Origin: Fibrobacteria bacterium
GTDB taxonomy: Bacteria; Fibrobacterota; Fibrobacteria; UBA11236
Length of the DNA stretch: 64,000 bases
Assembly (NCBI GenBank): GCA_050486505.1
Contig: JBJHDK010000003.1
Span: 3,242-67,241, forward strand
Reading direction: 5' to 3'
In this document: piece by piece, positions 1 to 11,170 of the stretch
Position numbering within the stretch: the first letter of the stretch is position 1
Layout of the letters: the number at the start of each line of letters is the position of its first letter
Program-made: the position numbers and the translations under genes
The notes under the pieces: model-generated
The model's database searches: none
Told to the model about the DNA's origin: nothing
The model's input: only the letters and a program-made list of their open reading frames with translations

Positions 1-1111
1 GCGGAGGGATGTCACGACGCGGCCCCTCGAAATGAAACCACAAGCTTCGCCGCAGCGCGCGTGCGGCATCGGGCTTACCGTTCAGGCTGTACAGGTGGTA
101 GAGCAATTGCGCCATCGAACGCCTGTGGATGTCCTGCTCCAGCCCTTTCACCAGCAGTTCTTCCGCGGCCCTGCGCGCCCGCACCGCACGTGCGTCCTCG
201 TCGCCGGTGCAGCAGGCATGCAGGACCCGGGCGTAAAGCTCGTAGAAATCCGGCGACTGGTGTCCCGCGCGCCCCGCGTTCTGCAGCGCATCGATGGCGA
301 AGTAGTGGTATCCCTGACGGAAGTGCGCCTGTGCAAGCAGGTACCATCCGCGTCCTGATCCCGGCAGCTTGAGGAGGCCTTGGTCGAGGTGCCGAACCGC
401 TTCTTCGTAGCGACCGCGCTCGACCAGCCACTCGCCCCAGGCGAGCTGCATGTCGGGGGACGCGTCGGTTGACGTCGCCTGCGTGCGCAGAAAATCGACC
501 CATTCCGCTGGCGAGCCGAATTGTCTGATGTACGCCGCCTTGGCGAGCAGCGCGAGGCGATTTCCGGGCTCCTCCGCGAGCACGCTGTCGATGAGGGCGC
601 CGGCTTCCCGGTGACGGCGCTGTGCCAGGTAGAGCGAAAGCAGGTTGCGCCAAGCCGCGTCACGCGCGGCGCCGCCGTCGCGCACTTGCTCGAGCCAGTT
701 CTTCTCCGCGTCGGCGGTTTCCCCTTGCAGCACCAGCAGAACTCCCGCATTGACCCGCAGGCTGCCGCGCAACTCCGGCGTAAGCGCGCGCTGGCGTAGC
801 CGGCCCCAGTGTTGCGCGGCCGTGCGGGGAGCTCCGTCCATCATGGCGCGCAGCCCGGTCACGAAGGCTTCTTCGGCAGGGGTCAAACGTCCGCGAGGAA
901 GCAGGGGCGGGCCCTTGTCGGGGGCGAGCGACTCCAGAATCGCGCGGGTGTCGGTGTCGGCCAAGGTATCGGGGAAGTGCAACACCCAGCTGACGTGCAC
1001 GGGCGGGGATTCCCCGGGCAGGGAGGCGTCGAGCTCGAAAACCCCCGCGAAACCCTGCGTTGGGGACAGCGCCGCGAGCAGCAGCAGAACTCCGGTGAAC
1101 GGGCGGCGCAT
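1..1111 (-). CDS. Secreted TPR-like protein (3' end runs off the window)
   Basis: Absent from the ORF track, consistent with having no stop in the window. Manual translation from ATG 1111 gives the signal peptide MRRPFTGVLLLLAALSPTQGFA, then TPR-like helices (WGEWLVERGRYEEAVRHLDQGL, GWYLLAQAHFRQG). Confidence 0.75.
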   Translation of the reverse strand, partial: MRRPFTGVLLLLAALSPTQGFAGVFELDASLPGESPPVHVSWVLHFPDTLADTDTRAILESLAPDKGPPLLPRGRLTPAEEAFVTGLRAMMDGAPRTAAQHWGRLRQRALTPELRGSLRVNAGVLLVLQGETADAEKNWLEQVRDGGAARDAAWRNLLSLYLAQRRHREAGALIDSVLAEEPGNRLALLAKAAYIRQFGSPAEWVDFLRTQATSTDASPDMQLAWGEWLVERGRYEEAVRHLDQGLLKLPGSGRGWYLLAQAHFRQGYHYFAIDALQNAGRAGHQSPDFYELYARVLHACCTGDEDARAVRARRAAEELLVKGLEQDIHRRSMAQLLYHLYSLNGKPDAARALRRSLWFHFEGPRRDIPP

Positions 1112-1125
1112 GCGGGGAAGATACG

Positions 1126-1249
1126 TAGGGCAGTGGGCAATGGGCAGTGGGCAATAGAATAATGCAGCAGCGGAACAATGGAGTACGGGGGGATTTCGGG
1201 TGCGGGATGCAACAGGGGGGCTTTACCTCCTACCTCCTACCTCCTACCT
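1126..1249. repeat. Degenerate short tandem repeats: TGGGCA(A/G) 7-mers, CAATAGAA-like 8-mers, (TACCTCC)x3
   Basis: Read directly in the divergent intergenic region between the TPR gene and dcd. Confidence 0.7.
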
Positions 1250-1258
1250 TGTCGCTCC

Positions 1259-1834
1259 ATGATTCTCACGGGTCCGGAAATCATCAAGCAGGTCGAAGCG
1301 GGTGAAATTCACATCGCACCGTTCGAACCGGTGCACGTGGGGCCGAACTCCTACGACGTGACCCTCAATTCGAAACTCCTCGTGTACGACCTTGCCCCCG
1401 GCGAGGCGCTCGACATGAAGCGCGACAACCCCACGCGGGCACTGGTGATTCCGGCGGACGGACTCGTGCTGCAGCCGGGGACCCTGTATATCGGGTGCAC
1501 CAACGAAACGGCCACGAGCAAGCGCTTCGTGCCCATGTTCGAGGGACGATCCAGCATTGGTCGACTCGGTATCAACACCCACATCACTGCGGGTTTCGGT
1601 GACGTGGGTTGGGGGTACCTTCCCGACGAGAAAGGCGAGCTGGTCTGCCAGTTTCCCACCTGGACGCTCGAGATCGAGGTTGTGCACCCCATTCGCGTGT
1701 ACCCCGGAGTGCGGATCGGGCAGGTGTACTTCATGCGGCCCGAGGGATCCCTGTCATATTACAAGGGCAAATACTCGTCCCAGAAAGAGCCTCAGGCCAG
1801 CAGGTTGTTCAGGGATTTCGAAACGAAGTCTTGA
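1259..1834 (+). CDS. dcd: dCTP deaminase
   Basis: MILTGPEI start, PNSYDVTL, EGRSSIGRLG, HITAGFGDVG, WTLEI, YYKGKYSSQ motifs. Confidence 0.9.
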   Translation: MILTGPEIIKQVEAGEIHIAPFEPVHVGPNSYDVTLNSKLLVYDLAPGEALDMKRDNPTRALVIPADGLVLQPGTLYIGCTNETATSKRFVPMFEGRSSIGRLGINTHITAGFGDVGWGYLPDEKGELVCQFPTWTLEIEVVHPIRVYPGVRIGQVYFMRPEGSLSYYKGKYSSQKEPQASRLFRDFETKS

Positions 1835-1843
1835 GTCGAAACC

Positions 1844-1882
1844 GACTTTAATTGTCATTTCCAATATGTGACAATTAAAGTC
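1844..1882. promoter_or_regulatory. Perfect 14-bp inverted repeat upstream of glnA (candidate regulator site)
   Basis: GACTTTAATTGTCA-N11-TGACAATTAAAGTC; extra half site TGACAAT at 1901-1907. Confidence 0.5.
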
Positions 1883-1994
1883 ATTCGCGTACAAATAGTC
1901 TGACAATCGCTTATGCTTCGGGAGAATTGGCGCTTTTTTGTGACGAATCCTGCGATTTAGTTGCCGTTCTCGCGGGCTCACTGTTACAAATTTA

Positions 1995-2010
1995 CGGCAC
2001 GCTTTTTTCT
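1995..2010 (+). promoter_or_regulatory. Possible sigma-54 (-24/-12) promoter of glnA
   Basis: CGGCACGCTTTTTTCT versus consensus TGGCACG-N4-TTGC; the -12 element is imperfect. Confidence 0.3.
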
Positions 2011-2073
2011 ACGCTTGAGCGTCGGTTTCCAAGACCAACACCCACATTTCATCTCTCAAGGAGAGGCCGGTCC

Positions 2074-3474
2074 ATGACTCCCAAAGAAGTAATCGAGCTT
2101 GCCAAGAAGAATAACGTCGAGTTCGTCGACCTGATGTACGGCGACATGTTCGGCATCCTGCAGCACTTCAGCTACCCCGTCTATCGTCTCGACGAAGACA
2201 TGTTCAAAGATGGCGTGGCCTTCGACGGTTCGTCGATTCGTGGCTGGAAGAGCATCGACAAGTCGGACATGCTCATGATGCCCGATCCCAAGTCGGCCTT
2301 CATTGATCCGTTCCGTGCCCATACGACCCTGTGCATGTTCTGCGACATCCTCGAGCCCCGTACCGGCGAGCTCTATGATCGCGACCCCCGCTCCATCGCC
2401 AAGAAGGCATTGTCGTACCTGAAGGCCTCCGGTATCGGCGATACTGCGTACTTCGGCCCCGAACCCGAGTTCTTCGTGTTCGACGGCGTGCGCTACCAGA
2501 GCTCCCCCAACATGGGATTCTATGAGCTGCTCACCGACGAGGGCCCGTGGACGAGCGCCGATGAGGGAAGCCTCGGTCACAAGGTGCACCACAAGTTCGG
2601 TTACGCTCCCGCTGCGCCCATCGACACCATGTCCGATCTTCGCGACGAAATGCTCGTGAACCTGATGAAGATGGGCGTGACTCCCGAAATTCATCACCAC
2701 GAGGTTGCCACCGCCCAGTGCGAGATCGGCACCAAGTTCGACGAGCTCATCGGTGCGGCCGACCAGGTGCACAAGCTGAAGTACGCCGTCAAGAACACCG
2801 CCGCCAAGCACGGCAAGACCGCGACCTTCATGCCCAAGCCCATCTGGGGCGACAACGGCTCCGGCATGCACGTGCACTCCTCCATCTGGAAGGACGGCAA
2901 GAACCTGTTCGCGGGTGACGGCTATGCCAACATGAGCAAGCAGGCCCTGTGGGCCATCGGCGGCATCCTCAAGCACGGGCGTGCCATTCAGGTGTTCTCG
3001 AACGCCTCGGTGAACAGCTACCGTCGCCTGGTGCCCGGCTACGAGGCTCCGGTGAACCTGGCCTACTCGGCCACCAACCGTTCGGCCTCGATCCGCATCC
3101 CGTACGTGCAGGGCGACAAGGCGCGCCGCTTCGAGTTCCGCTGCCCCGACAGCTCCGGTTCGCCGTACCTGACCTTCGCCGCCATGCTGATGGCGATGAT
3201 CGATGGCATCAAGAACCAGGTCGATCCGGGTCAGCCGCTCGACAAGAACATCTACGAGCTGCCTCCCGAGGAGTTGAAGCAGGTTCCTTCGACGTGCTAC
3301 AGCCTCGAGCAGGCCGTCGAGGAACTCGAAGCCGACAAGGACTGGCTCACCGCCGGCGACGTGTTCGCGGAGGACTTCATCGCCGCCTACACGGACTACA
3401 AGAAGGCGAACGAAATCGCTCCGGTGAAGCTTCGCCCGAATCCGGTCGAATTCGAGCTCTACTTCCAGAACTAG
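2074..3474 (+). CDS. glnA: Glutamine synthetase type I
   Basis: FDGSSI, GPEPEFF, HHHEVA, TFMPKP, NGSGMHVH, PGYEAP, NRSASIRIP; adenylylation-site motif DKNIYELPPEE; AGGAG RBS. Confidence 0.97.
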   Translation: MTPKEVIELAKKNNVEFVDLMYGDMFGILQHFSYPVYRLDEDMFKDGVAFDGSSIRGWKSIDKSDMLMMPDPKSAFIDPFRAHTTLCMFCDILEPRTGELYDRDPRSIAKKALSYLKASGIGDTAYFGPEPEFFVFDGVRYQSSPNMGFYELLTDEGPWTSADEGSLGHKVHHKFGYAPAAPIDTMSDLRDEMLVNLMKMGVTPEIHHHEVATAQCEIGTKFDELIGAADQVHKLKYAVKNTAAKHGKTATFMPKPIWGDNGSGMHVHSSIWKDGKNLFAGDGYANMSKQALWAIGGILKHGRAIQVFSNASVNSYRRLVPGYEAPVNLAYSATNRSASIRIPYVQGDKARRFEFRCPDSSGSPYLTFAAMLMAMIDGIKNQVDPGQPLDKNIYELPPEELKQVPSTCYSLEQAVEELEADKDWLTAGDVFAEDFIAAYTDYKKANEIAPVKLRPNPVEFELYFQN

Positions 3475-3506
3475 GGTTTTTTGGCCAGCAGGCCGAAACG
3501 GAGTCG

Positions 3507-3541
3507 AAGCCCCCTTGCCGCAAGGCGAGGGGGTTTTGTTT
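3507..3541 (+). terminator. Rho-independent terminator after glnA
   Basis: AAGCCCCCTTGCC-GCAA-GGCGAGGGGGTTTT hairpin plus U-tract. Confidence 0.8.
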
Positions 3542-3619
3542 GCCCGGAAAGCTGCCTTCGGGGGTTCATGTGTTACGTTTCGTGCCACGCGTCATTCATC
3601 ACGTGTTCCGGGAGGTTTC

Positions 3620-4105
3620 ATGAATCGCACCATCGCGCGCATCCGTTTTTCGTTTTTGTCCCTTTTCTCCGCCATCGTGGCGGCATTCGCCTTGAGCGCA
3701 TGCATTCTCGATGATCTCAAGGATGTCGAGTCGGTCGAGGACGCCGCCTCCCTGATGCTGGTTGCGGGCTATGCAGGCACCTGGAGCGTGGATACGACCC
3801 TCGAGGGGACTCATGAGCGGGGTTCGGTGGTGATCGGCTTTGACGGCTCCGTCGATTTCGACACGGATCTCTCGTTCGGCCCCGAGGACTATCTCGGCGT
3901 GTACGACCGCCTCGATGTCGACCTGCCTCCGCACGGTCCGCGCATTCAGATCGAAATCAATCCCGTCGGTGACCTGCCCCAGCGCCGGATCCGCCTTTTC
4001 GTCGAGGTCGCGACGGAAACCCTGACGCACATCGCGTACTATCCCGACGCGGACAGTGAAGACGGGACGATCATCCAGGTCTCGGCGCTCGTTGCCGAAG
4101 AGTAG
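3620..4105 (+). CDS. Hypothetical lipoprotein
   Basis: GGAGG RBS before ATG 3620; signal peptide with lipobox ALSAC; acidic beta-rich mature part. Confidence 0.7.
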   Translation: MNRTIARIRFSFLSLFSAIVAAFALSACILDDLKDVESVEDAASLMLVAGYAGTWSVDTTLEGTHERGSVVIGFDGSVDFDTDLSFGPEDYLGVYDRLDVDLPPHGPRIQIEINPVGDLPQRRIRLFVEVATETLTHIAYYPDADSEDGTIIQVSALVAEE

Positions 4106-4359
4106 TCCTCCCGACACATTTTCCTGATGAAGGCGGTGCATGACCTGCGCCGCCTTTGCGCGTTGTGGGCGCGATCGCGGAGCGTCCCATCCACCGCATC
4201 TCGACGACGCACACCCAATATCCTACATATCCCATATGGTTTTAATCTGTCGAATATCATCAAAAATTTTCTTTTTTAGGCCGAAATATCAGGGTTGTCG
4301 GGAATCGCGAAAACGGTTAACCTTTCACTCTACTAGGATATTAAACCCCGGAGGTCCAC

Positions 4360-6633
<2,274 letters not shown>

Positions 6634-6639
6634 ACCTTC

Positions 6640-6667
6640 GTAAGGGCGACCCGCTGGTTGCCCATAC
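6640..6667 (+). repeat. REP-like palindrome (GTAG-type family), copy 1
   Basis: GTAAGGGCGACCCGCTGGTTGCCCATAC; similar to copies at 13917, 42476 and 46568. Confidence 0.7.
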
Positions 6668-6706
6668 CCAGTGCCGCCTTTGGGCGAGTGCGCAACAAGG
6701 AAGACT

Positions 6707-7279
6707 ATGAACCTGCAGAACATCCAATGGAAACTCCACGTCGACGAGAACACCGTCGGTGACCACCACAACTGGTTCAAGGCCTTCGCGGCCTGGATCC
6801 CCGACAGTCCCGAGGTGTTTGTCGACGTCGCGGATTACAGTCACGTGCAGGATGGACCGATCGTGTTCCTCTCCGGGCACAACGAGTGCTATACCCTCGA
6901 CGCGACTTCGCGTCGTCTCGGCCTCCTGTACGAGCGTCGCCAGCCGGCCGACGGCACGAACGCCGAGAAGCTGCATGCGTCCTTCAAGACGCTGCTGCTG
7001 CACGCCGCACGTCTTGAAACGGATCCGGTGTTCGGTGACAAGGCTCCGAAGTTCCTCGCAGGTGACGTGAAGTTCATCGTCAACAACCGCGCCATCGCTC
7101 CGAACACCGATGAGACGCTCGCCACCGTGAAACCCGAGCTCGACGCCTTGTTGTCCAAGGTTTACGGCGCGGACGGCTATACGCTGGAGCGCGAGCAGGA
7201 CGCCCGTCAGCGCTTCATGGTGCACGTGAAGGCCAAGGCGTCGGTGACGGTCGCTGAGGCGCTTAAGACGTTGGGTTAA
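6707..7279 (+). CDS. Hypothetical protein, probably co-transcribed with the sulfite/nitrite reductase
   Basis: AAGGAAG RBS, genome-typical codon usage, followed by a terminator. Confidence 0.8.
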   Translation: MNLQNIQWKLHVDENTVGDHHNWFKAFAAWIPDSPEVFVDVADYSHVQDGPIVFLSGHNECYTLDATSRRLGLLYERRQPADGTNAEKLHASFKTLLLHAARLETDPVFGDKAPKFLAGDVKFIVNNRAIAPNTDETLATVKPELDALLSKVYGADGYTLEREQDARQRFMVHVKAKASVTVAEALKTLG

Positions 7280-7315
7280 GAGGACCGCGCCGGAATCCAG
7301 AGGCACGAAATTCAT

Positions 7316-7349
7316 AACCCCTTGGGACCTCGTCCCGAGGGGTTTTTTG
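7316..7349 (+). terminator. Rho-independent terminator
   Basis: AACCCCTTGGGAC-CTC-GTCCCGAGGGGTT followed by TTTTG. Confidence 0.85.
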
Positions 7350-7434
7350 TTGTGGGGTGCACGGTGATGGCGAGGCTGCGTACGGGAAGAGAGTTCGCTT
7401 TGGCGAACTTCGGTTTTTCCCGAACCCCTAGCTT

Positions 7435-7779
7435 TTGCGGCACTTTCGGGGTGCCCAAAACTTGGAACTACTCAGTCTCATCGGCGAGCGCATCAGGAAG
7501 CGCATCTTGGGCAGGGGATACCCGAGCATTGAGTTGTTCGCCCATGAAAACGGGATTCCGAAGTCCACCCTGAGCGAGTTGCTGAACGGAAAAAACGACC
7601 CCAAGCTCACCACGCTCGCGAAAATCTGCGCGGGACTCGAGATCACCCTCTCCGATCTTTTGCGTGATCCGCAGATCGATACCTGGATCCGTGAAGAGGC
7701 GCCGTACTATGATCCCCGCACGACCCGGGCCGACGCGAAGAGATCCCCAACAAGGCCTACCAGGAAAGGCCGAGCATAA
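7435..7779 (+). CDS. XRE-family helix-turn-helix transcriptional regulator
   Basis: IGERIRKR...SIELFAHENGIPKSTLSELLNGKNDPKLTTLAKICAGLEITLSDLL; TTG start uncertain. Confidence 0.85.
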   Translation: MRHFRGAQNLELLSLIGERIRKRILGRGYPSIELFAHENGIPKSTLSELLNGKNDPKLTTLAKICAGLEITLSDLLRDPQIDTWIREEAPYYDPRTTRADAKRSPTRPTRKGRA

Positions 7780-7804
7780 CGGCGCCCAGGGGATGACATG
7801 ACGA

Positions 7805-8671
7805 TTACCCCGCTTTAGGAAATCGTTTCTCCAGGTACTCCCGGTAGGGTGACTTCGGCATGTCGGCGAGAGTCTTGTCGAAGCGGGCGCGGTCGATGAA
7901 CCCGCGCTCGTATGCGATTTCCTCGAGGCAGGCGATCTTCAGACCCTGCCTGGCTTCCAGTGTGTAGATGAAGTGGCTGGCCTCGAGCAATGAGGCGTGC
8001 GTCCCGGTGTCGAGCCACGCGATGCCGCGGCCCAGCGGGGAGACGGCGAGCTTTCCGTCGCGCATGTAGGAGAGGTTGAGATCGGTGATCTCCAGTTCCC
8101 CGCGCGGCGAGGGGCGCAGCGCTTTTGCGCGCGCGACCACGGTGGAGTCATACACGTAGAGGCCGGGCACGGCATGGTGCGATTTCGGCTTCGCGGGTTT
8201 TTCCTCGATGCCGACGGCCTTTCCGGATGCGTCGAACTCCACCACTCCGTAACGCTCGGGATCCTTCACCGGATAGCCGAAGATACGCGCGCCTTCGCGG
8301 AACGATGCGATGATGCCTTCGAGATCGAGCTCGCCGTAGAAGATGTTGTCGCCCAGGATCAAGGTTGCCGGGCTTCCGGCCAGGAACTCTTCACCGAGCA
8401 GGAAGGCCTGCGCCAGGCCCTCGGGCTTGGGTTGCACCTTGTAGGAGAGGTGGATTCCCCATTGGGAACCGTCCCCGAGCAAGGCCTCGAAGCGGGGGGT
8501 GTCCTCCGGCGTCGAAATGATCAGGATGTCGCGGATGCCCCCCAGCATGAGCGTGGACAGGGGGTAGTAGATCATCGGCTTGTCGTACACGGGCTGGAGC
8601 TGCTTGCTCGCGACCCGTGACAGGGGATACAACCGGGACCCGGCCCCCCCGGCAAGGATGATGCCCTTCAC
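7805..8671 (-). CDS. rfbA: Glucose-1-phosphate thymidylyltransferase
   Basis: [51 protein letters not shown]. Confidence 0.96.
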   Translation of the reverse strand: MKGIILAGGAGSRLYPLSRVASKQLQPVYDKPMIYYPLSTLMLGGIRDILIISTPEDTPRFEALLGDGSQWGIHLSYKVQPKPEGLAQAFLLGEEFLAGSPATLILGDNIFYGELDLEGIIASFREGARIFGYPVKDPERYGVVEFDASGKAVGIEEKPAKPKSHHAVPGLYVYDSTVVARAKALRPSPRGELEITDLNLSYMRDGKLAVSPLGRGIAWLDTGTHASLLEASHFIYTLEARQGLKIACLEEIAYERGFIDRARFDKTLADMPKSPYREYLEKRFPKAG

Positions 8672-9372
8672 GCGTGGCGCCCTTTCTTGTTCCCCTTGCC
8701 TGGGGTCCGGAAGGTACGGAAGTTCAGGGGTTGCGGGTCAGGAAGGCCGAGCGCCGTGCGGATGTCATCGTGCACCTTGGGGATTTCCTGCGTGGCGTCG
8801 ACCTCGGCGAGCACGCCGACGTCGCGAAAGAAGCGCAGCATGGGCTCGGTCTTGTCGTGGTAATCCGAAAGGCGCTTGTGGATGGCGTCTGCGTGGTCAT
8901 CGCTGCGCTGCACCAGAGTGCCTCCGCACACGTCGCAGATGCCATCGACCTTGGGGCGGTGACCGATCAGGTTGTAGTCGAGCCCGCAGCGGGAACAGGC
9001 GCGCCGGGCGAGCATGCGCTCGGTCACGAGGCTGTCGGGCGCATCGAGATGGATGACCGCATTGATGTTGTAATTCTCGAAGAGAAACTCGGCCTGCGCG
9101 AAGTTGCGTGGATAACCGTCGAGCACGAAGCCGTAATTCCAGTCGTGCATGGCGAGACGCTCCGAGACCACGCCCGCAACGAGTTCGTCGTCGACCATGC
9201 GGCCGCGCGAGATGACGCGGTGGACCTTGGCGGCCAGCTTGGTGTGGTTGGCGATGTTCCAGCGGAACTGGTCGCCGATCGAAATGTGCACGAAATCGTA
9301 GGCCTCGCACAGGAGCTTTGCCTGCGTGCCTTTGCCCACCCCTTGGATGCCCATGATGATGTACTTGTACAT
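8668..9372 (-). CDS. adk: Adenylate kinase-family protein with zinc-type lid
   Basis: P-loop [20 protein letters not shown], lid CSRC...CDVC, QRSDD; stop overlaps the rfbA GTG start. Confidence 0.88.
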   Translation of the reverse strand: MYKYIIMGIQGVGKGTQAKLLCEAYDFVHISIGDQFRWNIANHTKLAAKVHRVISRGRMVDDELVAGVVSERLAMHDWNYGFVLDGYPRNFAQAEFLFENYNINAVIHLDAPDSLVTERMLARRACSRCGLDYNLIGHRPKVDGICDVCGGTLVQRSDDHADAIHKRLSDYHDKTEPMLRFFRDVGVLAEVDATQEIPKVHDDIRTALGLPDPQPLNFRTFRTPGKGNKKGRHA

Positions 9373-9670
9373 GCGCCGTGAAGGTAGGAAAAGGGGCTGC
9401 TGCATTGGATGCCATAGCCCTTTTCATGGAGTTTGCGGCGGGCTGATGTCTTCGTTTCGCCGGACTGCGGACGCGCCATGCGGCGTCGGCCTCAGTCGCG
9501 GTACTCCCGGTACCGCTCCTTCGGTCCTCCTGGCCTGACACGTCCTCGTTCCGGCGCCCCTGTTCGGCAGAGAAGTTGTCTTCATGACCGTCGCGAGCGT
9601 CGCCCTGTTTTGCCTTGTCGTCCGTCCCGCATCTGTGCCTGCTTGCCCTTACAGGTCTACCTTTGGGCCC

Positions 9671-11170
9671 ATGCACAAGCACATCGAAGCTCTCCGTAAA
9701 TCCGCCCGCGAGATCGGCGCGCTGCGGTCCGCCGCCGGCTTGCTCGGCTGGGACCAGGAAACCTTCATGCCCCCGCACGGCGGAGCGGCGCGCGCCGAGA
9801 GCCAGGCCGCCCTGGGCGCGCTCATCCACCGCCTGCTCACGTCCGATGCGCATTGGCGTCTCATCGAAGACGCGTCCGCAATGGACCTTGCGCCGCGCGA
9901 GCGCGCATTGGTGCGGGAGCTGCGCCGCGATGCAGAGGACGCGCGCAAGGTTCCGGCGGACCTCGCGGAGGACCTCGCGCGCACGGCCTCGCTGGCGCAA
10001 CAGGCGTGGTCGAAGGCGCGCGCCGCCGACGGAGGCAAGGGCGCGCCCGCGGAGTTTCTGCCGTGGCTGCGCAAGATGGTTGCGCTCAAGCGTCGCGAGG
10101 CCGAGTGCCTGGCACGCGGCGACTCGGCGTACGATGCGTTGCTCGACCAGTTCGAGCCGGGCGCGCGCGTCGCGACGGTGAGCCCCGTGCTCCAAAGCTT
10201 GCGCGACGGCCTGGTTCCCCTGCTGAATCGCGTGCTTGCAAAGAGTCCCCCCGGCTCCCTTTCTGCCGAGCCTTGGGAAGGAAAGGCCTTTCCGCTGGAT
10301 GCGCAGGCGCGCTACAACGAGCGCCTGCTGCGCGACATGGGGTTTGATCTCGAATCCGGTCGGCTCGATGCGAGCGCGCATCCTTTCACGCAGGGCATGG
10401 CGCCCGGCGACGTGCGTTTGACGACGCGGTATCGCGAGGATGATTGGCTCAACGCCCCGTTCAGTACTCTGCATGAAGGGGGGCACGGGTTGTACGAGCA
10501 AGGGCTTCCGCAAGAAGACTGGGGAACGCCGCTGGGCGAGGCGACCTCGCTGGCGATCCATGAGTCTCAGTCGCGCTTCTGGGAGAACCGCGTGGGGCGT
10601 TCGCGCGCGTACTGGGAGTTTTGCCTGCCGGTGGCGGGCGAATATTTCGGGGGGCTGCTCGCGGGCGCAACGGTGGACGGGGTGCTTGCCCGGGTCAATG
10701 CGGTGGAGAGGTCCTTCATCCGCGTGGAGGCGGATGAGATGACATACAACCTCCATGTGCTGCTGCGCTTCCAGCTCGAGGAGGCGATTTTCTCCGGTGC
10801 TCTCGAAGTCGAGGGACTATCTGCCGCATGGGATGAAGGAATGGAGAAGCTCCTGGGCATTCGTCCGCCCGATGCCGCGCGCGGATTTTTGCAGGACGTG
10901 CATTGGAGCTGCGGGTTGTTCGGGTACTTTCCGACCTACACGTTGGGGAACCTGTACGCGGCGCAGTTCGCGGCGGCGATGGAGAGTGATCTCGGTGATC
11001 TCGACACGAAGATTAGAGTCGGCGACTTCGCGCCGATGCGGGACTGGTTGCGCGAAAACATCCATCGGCACGGCCGGGAGTTTTCCGCCGCCGAGCTGTG
11101 TCTCCGCGCGACGGGCAAGGAACTTGATGCGTCACATTTTCTGCGTTATCTGGAAGGGAAGTACCTGTGA
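9671..11170 (+). CDS. M32 family carboxypeptidase (Taq-type)
   Basis: WDQETFMP, HPF, DVRLTTRY, HEGGHGLYEQ, HESQSRFWEN, IRVEADE, QDVHW, GYFPTYTLGN. Confidence 0.95.
   Translation: MHKHIEALRKSAREIGALRSAAGLLGWDQETFMPPHGGAARAESQAALGALIHRLLTSDAHWRLIEDASAMDLAPRERALVRELRRDAEDARKVPADLAEDLARTASLAQQAWSKARAADGGKGAPAEFLPWLRKMVALKRREAECLARGDSAYDALLDQFEPGARVATVSPVLQSLRDGLVPLLNRVLAKSPPGSLSAEPWEGKAFPLDAQARYNERLLRDMGFDLESGRLDASAHPFTQGMAPGDVRLTTRYREDDWLNAPFSTLHEGGHGLYEQGLPQEDWGTPLGEATSLAIHESQSRFWENRVGRSRAYWEFCLPVAGEYFGGLLAGATVDGVLARVNAVERSFIRVEADEMTYNLHVLLRFQLEEAIFSGALEVEGLSAAWDEGMEKLLGIRPPDAARGFLQDVHWSCGLFGYFPTYTLGNLYAAQFAAAMESDLGDLDTKIRVGDFAPMRDWLRENIHRHGREFSAAELCLRATGKELDASHFLRYLEGKYL

Noticed and set aside
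2056..3588. 510-aa antisense ORF over glnA, and similar long ORFs at 8897-10756, 27188-28492, 30201-31778, 38913-41096, 52228-53874 and 56536-58308
   Set aside because: Shadow ORFs opposite well-supported genes; expected with high-GC codon bias and lacking recognisable motifs.
7435..7779. XRE regulator as a prophage repressor or antitoxin
   Set aside because: No adjacent toxin, integrase or phage genes; the flanks are housekeeping genes.
9424..9585. 53-codon minus-strand ORF (MKTTSLPNRG...) between adk and the M32 peptidase
   Set aside because: No RBS, motif or codon-bias support; more likely divergent promoter or leader sequence.
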